A DNA stretch of 63,896 nucleotides, filler included, from Streblomastix strix (taxonomy: Eukaryota): assembly GCA_008636045.1 (NCBI GenBank). It is 3 parts of 3 records of this genome, joined end to end, with 100 filler letters (N's around TTAATTAATTAA, not from the genome) between each part and the next. Parts side by side here need not be neighbours in the genome. Positions count along the whole stretch, not along the records: positions 21,737 to 43,360 come from SNRW01000362.1; 2 more parts are not named here. One strand, written 5' to 3'. Position 1 is the first letter of the stretch. Every line of letters begins with the position of its first letter. The notes under the pieces are model-generated. The model was given only the letters and a program-made list of their open reading frames with translations, was not told the DNA's origin and searched no databases. The position numbers were made by a program, and so were the translations under genes. Below, piece after piece: positions 26,760-38,599 of the stretch.

Positions 26760-28288
26760 TCATTCATTTCTACGCTTAGAGTCATTTGAATGGAAACACT
26801 CTGAAATTAATGAAAAGATCTTGAACTTAAAGTATAAATCTAAAAATGTACTGCTACTAGCATTGTTTCTGAATATATGTTGATAGAAATTAATATCATT
26901 AATGATAGCAAACAATTATATAATTTTATTGCTAATATTAAGAACAATTTAAACACACTTATCTGTTTTCATTTCTCTGAAAATCTTAAAGAATGATGGT
27001 CGTTCTTCTAATAAATAATTCTGTTATACTTATAATTAGTAGTCGTAACTAAGAAATTATTAATATAAAGTAGATCATATATGAATAAAAAAAAGAAATT
27101 TTGAATATGAATAAAATTAGTTTTCAGTTAATAATTAATTACCTTCTCTAATACATTTAAGACAAAGTAATTTGTGAAACAGGAACTGGTGAAATTTGAA
27201 GTGCATTCTATTAATATTAGTTCACTATTGCAAGAGTTGAGGGTGGAGGTGAGATATTTTAATTACTAAAATTATTTCTTTAATTTTCTCTTCCTTAATT
27301 TATTATTATTGCATCCCTTGGACTGGATATTTTGCATATTGGACATTCATTTTTGGATTATTGCCAGTGCACTGAACATTTTAAATGAACCTTAATAAAA
27401 TGATTATTATAATTAAAATAATATTAATAAATGTTTCTAATACAATAAAAAATATTAATATACTTAATGACCACATGCTCTGTATATTTCAACTCCATTT
27501 TCAAAAGACCAATCTATTATTTCTTCTTACTTCAATATAACATTAGAATTATTCATATTAATATCACTCGATTGTTCCTATTCAATAACTTAACTTCTAC
27601 TCCTGCTTCTGCTTCTACTTCTCGATAATGCTTCTCCTACTTACTGTTAATTATGATTTTATTTATCAAGTAGATCTCTATATATTTATGGACGATTAGC
27701 AATAATTTATTACTAAATTAATAAAATAAAGATTATTAATAATAAAATTTATAAGTTTAGTAATATCAAACATATTTCATTAATTTCTTAATATGTGCTT
27801 TAGGAAATTTCTTTAAACAAATTGGACAAAACTAACTGAATAATGGAATATGAGATGTTGGACAGTACTATATTTTTTATTGATATATCAAATATTATAA
27901 ATTGGGAAAACATAATTAAAATTAGAAGAAATTTAATTTATAATATACAAACACATACTTATAAATTCTGTTGTATTTCAAATATTTCTCTTTAATATCT
28001 TTTAATTCTTCTATTCTCTAAACAAATCTTAATTTTCCAATATGTCATAATTTTGAATAGGTAAATAATTGACATTAAAATCCAAATAGGAAAACTTATT
28101 AAGATCAGAATTAATTGAATAAGAAGGTAAAAGAAAGTTATGAACAATCTGCAAATGTGATATAAATAAAAATAATATATTATAATTTAATAATAAAAGT
28201 AAAATTAAAAGAATACACACATTAACCCAATCACAACAAATATTATTCCCCAAATTATATCTTTTGTTTCTTCCTCTAAATCGAACAT
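26760..28288 (-). CDS. Membrane-anchored RING-H2 E3 ligase (mirror copy)
   Basis: Reverse complement of 36809-38337. Confidence 0.75.
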
Positions 28289-28808
28289 CTTTGATATAAA
28301 CAAATATAAAACAAAATAATTAAGGAATTTTGTAGTAAATCGTAAATTATAGGTAGTATTTTATGTATAAGATAGTATACATTGAGTGCATCAACATTAA
28401 CTAAATTTATTTTCTTCGGGAGACCAGTATTAGTGGAGAGAATTGGATTAGATGTTTAGAAAATTTAGGCATTTTTACCGATATTTTCATAATTATATTT
28501 TATTTAATTTTATTGTAATATGTTCTATACAGCAATAAATTTAATATTTATATGAAATTGAAATAGAATTTAGGCTTATGGATGTCGTAAGAGTTGTTTT
28601 AAAAGCGAAAAAAATAAATATCCTGATTTTAGGCTAGTTTAGCTTAAATTTAGGTTTGTTATAAATTTATCATAATTTAAATTTACTTTAATTAGGTTAA
28701 AATCAAAATTTTTGGAAAAATTCAATAAAATTCGAAATTTTTTTTGAAGCGAAATGAATAAAGTAACGACTTGCAAGAGAATCAAAGAATGATCTTAAAA
28801 ATAAACTT

Positions 28809-29102
28809 ATGATGAGGATTATAACAACTGCATAAGGAAATTTGACTTCAATTTCAAGTTCTGGATACAATTCAGCATTCCCTTTGATCATGACTTATTT
28901 CATAATCTCTTTCATCAACAACCCTAACGGATTGTTTCCTATATCATAGTGCTTTGCTCTTCACCTTTTTTTATTAATTGGAAGCTTACTCCCCTATATG
29001 GCCTAATTCCTCGAACAAACAAGAATTTACGCTCTTAGCTCATCAGCCCCAGTCCTCGCGTCGCGAATAATACAATCTTTCACACCAGACGAGTACAGCA
29101 AA
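28809..29102 (+). pseudogene. 98-codon open frame, possibly the 5' part of a membrane-protein gene interrupted by the TIR element
   Basis: MMRIITTAQGNLTSISSSGYNSAFPLIMTYFIISF...FTPDEYSK has no TGA, lies divergent from the RING gene and abuts the 26-bp TIR. Confidence 0.35.
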
Positions 29103-29368
29103 GTAGTTATGAGAATATGGAGAGTGCCCCACATAGAAAAATAAAATAAAATAATGTTAATAAAATAATAATAATAAATAATAATAATAAATAATGAAAA
29201 TAAATAATATTAATAAAATAATTTAATAGAAAATAGACATTTGAATATGATTAATGAATATATGATATTGAATATAATTATTAGTATTGATTAATGAATT
29301 GATTAATGAATTTGATTAATGATGTATGATTTTTGAACGTATGGCACTCTCCATATTCTCATAACTAC
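29103..29368. mobile_element. 266-bp MITE-like element with perfect 26-bp terminal inverted repeats
   Basis: gtagttatgagaatatggagagtgcc (29103-29128) and ggcactctccatattctcataactac (29343-29368); AT-rich interior with gattaatgaat repeats; no TSD visible. Confidence 0.7.
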
Positions 29369-29626
29369 ATGGTGAGGTTAATGGATTTAGTTGAAGTTGC
29401 TACGCAGAAATTTATTAATGGAAACCTAAAATTATTGATGAATTCAGCCGTAAGCGGAGGTCATACCGACATAGTAAATTGAACATTGAATTTTGAATGT
29501 TTATGAATTCATTGAAGAAATCATTGATGAAATCCATTAGTAAATTGAACATAAAATATATTTGTTTTTATGCAATGAGCCGCAGGCGGAGGTCTAACGA
29601 CATGCACCGAGTCCTAAAACATCAAT

Positions 29627-32402
29627 AAAATATATGTTATTGGCACGTATAAATGGAATAGGTTATGAATGGCTTATGACTGCACCGAGTGCATCGAATG
29701 CATCGGGTCAGAAACTTTTATAAAAAGCTGTGGCCAACTGGACAACTGGCTAATAATTGAGAAAAAAATAAATTTATTTAATGTTTCACGTATTTATTTG
29801 TTCGTTGTTGTCTTCATTAGCATCTTCGTTGATATCTTGGTCTTCTTCTCTTAATCTATCATATAATTTTACTAAATCTTCATTCAATTTATATATCCAT
29901 TTTCGTTTTCCAAATATTGTTTTTTATATTCTTTGACATTTATTTTTGAGCTAAAATTAAAATGATTTCTCTTTAACATCGAATGGTTTAAATTATAATG
30001 CTATAGTGCAAGGCACGACTTCCTTAAAAGTTTGATAATTTTACAAGATTACATCATCAAGTTATGAACGTGATGCTCTAATTATGTCCTTTTTCGCTTT
30101 TGTGAATGGAATGATTCTTTAGTTCCAACCTTCAATATTACTGGTAATAAAATAGGTAAATAAATTATTGTAAAAGTCAGTTGTGAAACCATTAGATAAT
30201 GATGTGAAATATTCAACGTCATCCCTATGAACTGCCTTACATCTGCACACAACATAACGCCTATCATTCGCTTCAATTTTGATTGGGAAATCGTTATTGG
30301 TTACTATTATCAAATTTATTACATTTTCTGATGTTCGACGAGGTTAATTTTTTTCATTTATTCTTATTTGATTATCTGTTATAATCGACTTCAACGCATC
30401 CATGTTCGAATATCTTGCTTCTCCAAAATTTTTAAGTTCATTGGATATTCCAAGCATTATATTTTCAACGACAGAATTAAATTGGCCTGTAAATTCGCTA
30501 ATATCTGTAATATTTTTAATTGAATAACCAGCTAATAATTCACATAAAATATCAGTGAATCTATTTTTGCCTATACCTTGACTGCCTTACAATATCAATG
30601 TCACCTCTGATTTTACACCTACATTTTATATAATAAATGCAATCCAATTTAGAATATTATTATATAAATTTTCATCATCTGCTGCTATTGTTTTATATAT
30701 TAATTCTAAATAATCGTTAATAAGGTCCTCATTAACCGAAGATAATTATTAATATTTATAGCATTAAAATATACTGCAAACGTCTTATTCATCACTCATA
30801 AATTTTATTGCTCTCAGAGCAAATAAAGGATTAAATTTTTCTAGAACAAGTTTTAATGTTATTTTCTTTTATCCATCTTCCCATAATCTAACCATTTACA
30901 ACTAATCATAAGCTACTGTTTTATTTATGTATTAAATTTTATTCTTTTAATTTACTGCATCGTATTATTTAACTATAAATACTTAACCTCCATCACATGG
31001 AGCATATCGTAATATTCTAGTTAAGTCCTGAGCTATTGGTTCGTATTCATTATATTTATAGATACCATTTTATAACTTTTTTTACATATCAAATAGTGTG
31101 AAACTATCTTTTAAATCAATTTTTTATACTTCAATTTAATTTTTACATCTTTTTTCATTCACTAGCATAGGCATTACATATTCTTAATAATATTTTGGAT
31201 TATATTTTTTAATTATTTTTTATAAAACGAATGGATGCGATTATTTTTATTCATATCTTTTTTTAGCTGCATCAAATTATTATTTTGCTCTATCTGTTAA
31301 ATTATTATTAATTTTTATTTTTTCATATATTTCTTAAATGAATTGATTATCAATTCCTTCTATATTGATTATACTATTAATTGCTGCAAATAATGGAAGT
31401 AAAGTTATTTCATCATTTAAATTATGACTCTATGAGTCGTTATGTATTTCAAGACCACTAATTCCTTTACATAACATAATCACAAAATCCTTTTTCATAT
31501 CGATTAGTCCTGTTGGTTGTAATAGTGGCTTGTCTTATTCATTATATTATTCCTTTTAGTTTGGCATGACCTATTAATTAACATCCAAATCTATTCCGAA
31601 TATGTTCAAAATTTATCCTAAATCACATAAATTTATTTTATATAAATAATCATTTATAGCTTCATGTTAACATATAACTTTAATTTCTCCAATTTATTCG
31701 TTCTAATCTTCAATTTATTTTGTGGCTTTAACTCTATCACGTATTTTCGACCCGCATTACATAATCCATCTTTGTTTATCATCAATACATGCAAATATAT
31801 CCACATTAAAATTATCACATTTATAAACTTATATATTTGATGTTTTCTATAATTAAAATTCATTGATATCGCAATAAATATGAAGCCCTCCATGTGCTGT
31901 TTTGATTAATCCAACATTTTAAGGCATTTTTTCAATGATTGATTCTCGAATTTATTTTTAAATTAATTTATCTAAATTTTTATTTATATCAATATCAACA
32001 ACAGCAAGATTTTAACATTTTGATTTATCGATTACTCTACCTGAACATGATTTGCATGTCTTACCAATGATTGAAAATTTATTGTAATCATAAGTATTCA
32101 CATATAAATTTTAGATGCGTTCTTAAATTATTAATAATTAGCTAGTTTGTGCTTGATTGCCTTTTGATTCCATTAATATATTGATAAAAAGTTGAATTTA
32201 TATACAACAAACTCGTTTATTTTTAAAATAAGTTTATTTTTTTATTTTTTAAGTTTTTTATTTTTCATCAATAAATTGGCCAGTTGGCCAGATGGCCACA
32301 GCTTTTTATAAAAGTTTCTGACCCGATGCACTCGATGTACTCGGTGCAATCAATAGCCATTCATAACCTATTCCATTTTTTCATGCCAAAATCATATACT
32401 TT
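29627..32402 (-). mobile_element. IR-flanked primase-helicase unit (mirror copy)
   Basis: ~145-bp inverted repeats at 29627-29772 and 32257-32402 around a single ORF. Confidence 0.75.
29786..32173 (-). CDS. Prim-Pol-like primase fused to SF3/D5-like helicase (mirror copy)
   Basis: Reverse complement of 32924-35311. Confidence 0.88.
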
Positions 32403-32694
32403 CAGATTGAGCTAAAATGGTCATATTCGGAATCAGCGCATATGAATTGTATATATAGTTGATTATCAAATGATTTTAAAATTTCATGAAAATAAAGTTA
32501 TTTTTTATTTTTTTTATTTTTTTAATTCCTATATATAATGACTGTAAAAATTTAAGCCAAAAAATAAGCCAAAAAATTAATGTTTCCATATTGCCTTGAG
32601 AATGATGTTTATATACAATGTTGATACGTAGAATTCAAAAATGACGTTTAAATCGAAATCTTAAACGGTCGATGAATCCGAATATTGCAATCTA
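32403..32694. other. Non-palindromic 292-bp spacer at the palindrome axis
   Basis: Symmetry breaks here; residual degenerate inverted match (atattcggaatca / tgaatccgaatat) and a taagccaaaaaa doublet near the midpoint. Confidence 0.9.
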
Positions 32695-32840
32695 AAAGTA
32701 TATGATTTTGGCATGAAAAAATGGAATAGGTTATGAATGGCTATTGATTGCACCGAGTACATCGAGTGCATCGGGTCAGAAACTTTTATAAAAAGCTGTG
32801 GCCATCTGGCCAACTGGCCAATTTATTGATGAAAAATAAA
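32695..32840 (+). repeat. Upstream inverted repeat with iteron-like motifs
   Basis: 3x 9-mer tgcaccgag/tacatcgag/tgcatcggg (32749-32775), cttttataaaaag near-palindrome, 3x 8-mer tggccatc/tggccaac/tggccaat (32799-32822). Confidence 0.88.
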
Positions 32841-32923
32841 AAACTTAAAAAATAAAAAAATAAACTTATTTTAAAAATAAACGAGTTTGTTGTATATAAA
32901 TTCAACTTTTTATCAATATATTA

Positions 32924-35311
32924 ATGGAATCAAAAGGCAATCAAGCACAAACTAGCTAATTATTAATAATTTAAGAACGCATCTAAAATTTATATGTGAA
33001 TACTTATGATTACAATAAATTTTCAATCATTGGTAAGACATGCAAATCATGTTCAGGTAGAGTAATCGATAAATCAAAATGTTAAAATCTTGCTGTTGTT
33101 GATATTGATATAAATAAAAATTTAGATAAATTAATTTAAAAATAAATTCGAGAATCAATCATTGAAAAAATGCCTTAAAATGTTGGATTAATCAAAACAG
33201 CACATGGAGGGCTTCATATTTATTGCGATATCAATGAATTTTAATTATAGAAAACATCAAATATATAAGTTTATAAATGTGATAATTTTAATGTGGATAT
33301 ATTTGCATGTATTGATGATAAACAAAGATGGATTATGTAATGCGGGTCGAAAATACGTGATAGAGTTAAAGCCACAAAATAAATTGAAGATTAGAACGAA
33401 TAAATTGGAGAAATTAAAGTTATATGTTAACATGAAGCTATAAATGATTATTTATATAAAATAAATTTATGTGATTTAGGATAAATTTTGAACATATTCG
33501 GAATAGATTTGGATGTTAATTAATAGGTCATGCCAAACTAAAAGGAATAATATAATGAATAAGACAAGCCACTATTACAACCAACAGGACTAATCGATAT
33601 GAAAAAGGATTTTGTGATTATGTTATGTAAAGGAATTAGTGGTCTTGAAATACATAACGACTCATAGAGTCATAATTTAAATGATGAAATAACTTTACTT
33701 CCATTATTTGCAGCAATTAATAGTATAATCAATATAGAAGGAATTGATAATCAATTCATTTAAGAAATATATGAAAAAATAAAAATTAATAATAATTTAA
33801 CAGATAGAGCAAAATAATAATTTGATGCAGCTAAAAAAAGATATGAATAAAAATAATCGCATCCATTCGTTTTATAAAAAATAATTAAAAAATATAATCC
33901 AAAATATTATTAAGAATATGTAATGCCTATGCTAGTGAATGAAAAAAGATGTAAAAATTAAATTGAAGTATAAAAAATTGATTTAAAAGATAGTTTCACA
34001 CTATTTGATATGTAAAAAAAGTTATAAAATGGTATCTATAAATATAATGAATACGAACCAATAGCTCAGGACTTAACTAGAATATTACGATATGCTCCAT
34101 GTGATGGAGGTTAAGTATTTATAGTTAAATAATACGATGCAGTAAATTAAAAGAATAAAATTTAATACATAAATAAAACAGTAGCTTATGATTAGTTGTA
34201 AATGGTTAGATTATGGGAAGATGGATAAAAGAAAATAACATTAAAACTTGTTCTAGAAAAATTTAATCCTTTATTTGCTCTGAGAGCAATAAAATTTATG
34301 AGTGATGAATAAGACGTTTGCAGTATATTTTAATGCTATAAATATTAATAATTATCTTCGGTTAATGAGGACCTTATTAACGATTATTTAGAATTAATAT
34401 ATAAAACAATAGCAGCAGATGATGAAAATTTATATAATAATATTCTAAATTGGATTGCATTTATTATATAAAATGTAGGTGTAAAATCAGAGGTGACATT
34501 GATATTGTAAGGCAGTCAAGGTATAGGCAAAAATAGATTCACTGATATTTTATGTGAATTATTAGCTGGTTATTCAATTAAAAATATTACAGATATTAGC
34601 GAATTTACAGGCCAATTTAATTCTGTCGTTGAAAATATAATGCTTGGAATATCCAATGAACTTAAAAATTTTGGAGAAGCAAGATATTCGAACATGGATG
34701 CGTTGAAGTCGATTATAACAGATAATCAAATAAGAATAAATGAAAAAAATTAACCTCGTCGAACATCAGAAAATGTAATAAATTTGATAATAGTAACCAA
34801 TAACGATTTCCCAATCAAAATTGAAGCGAATGATAGGCGTTATGTTGTGTGCAGATGTAAGGCAGTTCATAGGGATGACGTTGAATATTTCACATCATTA
34901 TCTAATGGTTTCACAACTGACTTTTACAATAATTTATTTACCTATTTTATTACCAGTAATATTGAAGGTTGGAACTAAAGAATCATTCCATTCACAAAAG
35001 CGAAAAAGGACATAATTAGAGCATCACGTTCATAACTTGATGATGTAATCTTGTAAAATTATCAAACTTTTAAGGAAGTCGTGCCTTGCACTATAGCATT
35101 ATAATTTAAACCATTCGATGTTAAAGAGAAATCATTTTAATTTTAGCTCAAAAATAAATGTCAAAGAATATAAAAAACAATATTTGGAAAACGAAAATGG
35201 ATATATAAATTGAATGAAGATTTAGTAAAATTATATGATAGATTAAGAGAAGAAGACCAAGATATCAACGAAGATGCTAATGAAGACAACAACGAACAAA
35301 TAAATACGTGA
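32924..35311 (+). CDS. Prim-Pol-like primase fused to SF3/D5-like helicase, intronless, 795 aa
   Basis: One TGA-free frame under TAR=Gln: LAVVDID (DxD), KTAHGGLHIY (AEP motif II His), Walker A LILQGSQGIGKN, Walker-B region GISNELK, LKSIITD..IRINEKN.P, motif C IIVTNN, Arg finger DRRYVV. Confidence 0.9.
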
Positions 35312-35324
35312 AACATTAAATAAA

Positions 35325-35470
35325 TTTATTTTTTTCTCAATTATTAGCCAGTTGTCCAGTTGGCCACAGCTTTTTATAAAAGTTTCTGACCCGATGCATT
35401 CGATGCACTCGGTGCAGTCATAAGCCATTCATAACCTATTCCATTTATACGTGCCAATAACATATATTTT
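35325..35470 (-). repeat. Downstream inverted repeat of the primase-helicase unit
   Basis: tggccacagctttttataaaagtttctgacccgatgca...agccattcataacctattccattt is the reverse complement of the upstream repeat cores. Confidence 0.88.
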
Positions 35471-35484
35471 ATTGATGTTTTAGG

Positions 35485-35660
35485 ACTCGGTGCATGTCGT
35501 TAGACCTCCGCCTGCGGCTCATTGCATAAAAACAAATATATTTTATGTTCAATTTACTAATGGATTTCATCAATGATTTCTTCAATGAATTCATAAACAT
35601 TCAAAATTCAATGTTCAATTTACTATGTCGGTATGACCTCCGCTTACGGCTGAATTCATC
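35485..35660. repeat. GC-rich direct repeats with mini-hairpins beyond the downstream IR (mirror at ~29437-29612)
   Basis: atgtcgttagacctccgcctgcggctca and atgtcggtatgacctccgcttacggctga; atgttcaatttacta twice; one extra iteron copy actcggtgca. Confidence 0.7.
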
Positions 35661-35728
35661 AATAATTTTAGGTTTCCATTAATAAATTTCTGCGTAGCAA
35701 CTTCAACTAAATCCATTAACCTCACCAT

Positions 35729-35994
35729 GTAGTTATGAGAATATGGAGAGTGCCATACGTTCAAAAATCATACATCATTAATCAAATTCATTAATCAATT
35801 CATTAATCAATACTAATAATTATATTCAATATCATATATTCATTAATCATATTCAAATGTCTATTTTCTATTAAATTATTTTATTAATATTATTTATTTT
35901 CATTATTTATTATTATTATTTATTATTATTATTTTATTAACATTATTTTATTTTATTTTTCTATGTGGGGCACTCTCCATATTCTCATAACTAC
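35729..35994. mobile_element. 266-bp MITE-like element with 26-bp TIRs (mirror copy)
   Basis: gtagttatgagaatatggagagtgcc ... ggcactctccatattctcataactac. Confidence 0.7.
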
Positions 35995-36808
35995 TTTGCT
36001 GTACTCGTCTGGTGTGAAAGATTGTATTATTCGCGACGCGAGGACTGGGGCTGATGAGCTAAGAGCGTAAATTCTTGTTTGTTCGAGGAATTAGGCCATA
36101 TAGGGGAGTAAGCTTCCAATTAATAAAAAAAGGTGAAGAGCAAAGCACTATGATATAGGAAACAATCCGTTAGGGTTGTTGATGAAAGAGATTATGAAAT
36201 AAGTCATGATCAAAGGGAATGCTGAATTGTATCCAGAACTTGAAATTGAAGTCAAATTTCCTTATGCAGTTGTTATAATCCTCATCATAAGTTTATTTTT
36301 AAGATCATTCTTTGATTCTCTTGCAAGTCGTTACTTTATTCATTTCGCTTCAAAAAAAATTTCGAATTTTATTGAATTTTTCCAAAAATTTTGATTTTAA
36401 CCTAATTAAAGTAAATTTAAATTATGATAAATTTATAACAAACCTAAATTTAAGCTAAACTAGCCTAAAATCAGGATATTTATTTTTTTCGCTTTTAAAA
36501 CAACTCTTACGACATCCATAAGCCTAAATTCTATTTCAATTTCATATAAATATTAAATTTATTGCTGTATAGAACATATTACAATAAAATTAAATAAAAT
36601 ATAATTATGAAAATATCGGTAAAAATGCCTAAATTTTCTAAACATCTAATCCAATTCTCTCCACTAATACTGGTCTCCCGAAGAAAATAAATTTAGTTAA
36701 TGTTGATGCACTCAATGTATACTATCTTATACATAAAATACTACCTATAATTTACGATTTACTACAAAATTCCTTAATTATTTTGTTTTATATTTGTTTA
36801 TATCAAAG

Positions 36809-38337
36809 ATGTTCGATTTAGAGGAAGAAACAAAAGATATAATTTGGGGAATAATATTTGTTGTGATTGGGTTAATGTGTGTATTCTTTTAATTTTACTT
36901 TTATTATTAAATTATAATATATTATTTTTATTTATATCACATTTGCAGATTGTTCATAACTTTCTTTTACCTTCTTATTCAATTAATTCTGATCTTAATA
37001 AGTTTTCCTATTTGGATTTTAATGTCAATTATTTACCTATTCAAAATTATGACATATTGGAAAATTAAGATTTGTTTAGAGAATAGAAGAATTAAAAGAT
37101 ATTAAAGAGAAATATTTGAAATACAACAGAATTTATAAGTATGTGTTTGTATATTATAAATTAAATTTCTTCTAATTTTAATTATGTTTTCCCAATTTAT
37201 AATATTTGATATATCAATAAAAAATATAGTACTGTCCAACATCTCATATTCCATTATTCAGTTAGTTTTGTCCAATTTGTTTAAAGAAATTTCCTAAAGC
37301 ACATATTAAGAAATTAATGAAATATGTTTGATATTACTAAACTTATAAATTTTATTATTAATAATCTTTATTTTATTAATTTAGTAATAAATTATTGCTA
37401 ATCGTCCATAAATATATAGAGATCTACTTGATAAATAAAATCATAATTAACAGTAAGTAGGAGAAGCATTATCGAGAAGTAGAAGCAGAAGCAGGAGTAG
37501 AAGTTAAGTTATTGAATAGGAACAATCGAGTGATATTAATATGAATAATTCTAATGTTATATTGAAGTAAGAAGAAATAATAGATTGGTCTTTTGAAAAT
37601 GGAGTTGAAATATACAGAGCATGTGGTCATTAAGTATATTAATATTTTTTATTGTATTAGAAACATTTATTAATATTATTTTAATTATAATAATCATTTT
37701 ATTAAGGTTCATTTAAAATGTTCAGTGCACTGGCAATAATCCAAAAATGAATGTCCAATATGCAAAATATCCAGTCCAAGGGATGCAATAATAATAAATT
37801 AAGGAAGAGAAAATTAAAGAAATAATTTTAGTAATTAAAATATCTCACCTCCACCCTCAACTCTTGCAATAGTGAACTAATATTAATAGAATGCACTTCA
37901 AATTTCACCAGTTCCTGTTTCACAAATTACTTTGTCTTAAATGTATTAGAGAAGGTAATTAATTATTAACTGAAAACTAATTTTATTCATATTCAAAATT
38001 TCTTTTTTTTATTCATATATGATCTACTTTATATTAATAATTTCTTAGTTACGACTACTAATTATAAGTATAACAGAATTATTTATTAGAAGAACGACCA
38101 TCATTCTTTAAGATTTTCAGAGAAATGAAAACAGATAAGTGTGTTTAAATTGTTCTTAATATTAGCAATAAAATTATATAATTGTTTGCTATCATTAATG
38201 ATATTAATTTCTATCAACATATATTCAGAAACAATGCTAGTAGCAGTACATTTTTAGATTTATACTTTAAGTTCAAGATCTTTTCATTAATTTCAGAGTG
38301 TTTCCATTCAAATGACTCTAAGCGTAGAAATGAATGA
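36809..38337 (+). CDS. Membrane-anchored RING-H2 E3 ligase, multi-exon
   Basis: N-terminal hydrophobic segments (IIWGIIFVVIGLFITFFYLLIQLILILISFPIWILMSIIYLF); FCPICLKKF ... ACGHQ|VHLKCSVHWQQSKNECPICK; probable TGA at 38335-38337. Confidence 0.75.
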
Positions 38338-38599
38338 TATTGCATCAAAAAGATAACTGTGTACAAAATTTTTATTACTCGGTCATAAAGCATCATTATT
38401 ATTATATATTATAATATTTGTGTTCAATATGCTATCTAGTTAAAAATAATAGTAATTATTTAAAATAAAATAAATTTTAAAGCTAAATAAACAAAATATA
38501 GAAAAAAAACTGATTTCCTGCTAAGTACTGAAGTACTTGAACAATTTTTATTTAACAATCTTTTATATTTTATTTATAGTAATAAAAATTATAGTTAAA

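Larger units (their letters stand above)
21737..32402. repeat. Left arm of a contig-spanning inverted repeat
   Basis: Position x pairs with 65097-x; ORF-track entries mirror exactly (e.g. 24154..24519 with 40578..40943); first mismatch seen at 32403/32694. Confidence 0.97.
32695..35470 (+). mobile_element. IR-flanked primase-helicase unit, ~2.8 kb (putative replicon or virus/Polinton-derived element)
   Basis: Imperfect inverted repeats at 32695-32840 and 35325-35470, with perfect 24-bp and 38-bp cores, tightly bracket one intronless replication gene. Confidence 0.75.

Noticed and set aside
29103..29368. TIR element as a spliceable intron (starts with GT on both strands)
   Set aside because: It ends in AC with no suitable AG acceptor or convincing downstream exon.
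29103..29772. Possible CRISPR-like array among the short repeats
   Set aside because: The repeats are inverted or only doubled, with no regular repeat-spacer period and no cas genes; the context is eukaryotic.
33204..33443. 79-aa ORF MEGFIFIA... and its mirror at 31654-31893
   Set aside because: Out-of-frame overlap within the primase-helicase gene.
29627..35470. Complete Polinton/Maverick or endogenous virus
   Set aside because: No pPolB, integrase, packaging ATPase, protease or capsid ORF recognised; only the primase-helicase is present.
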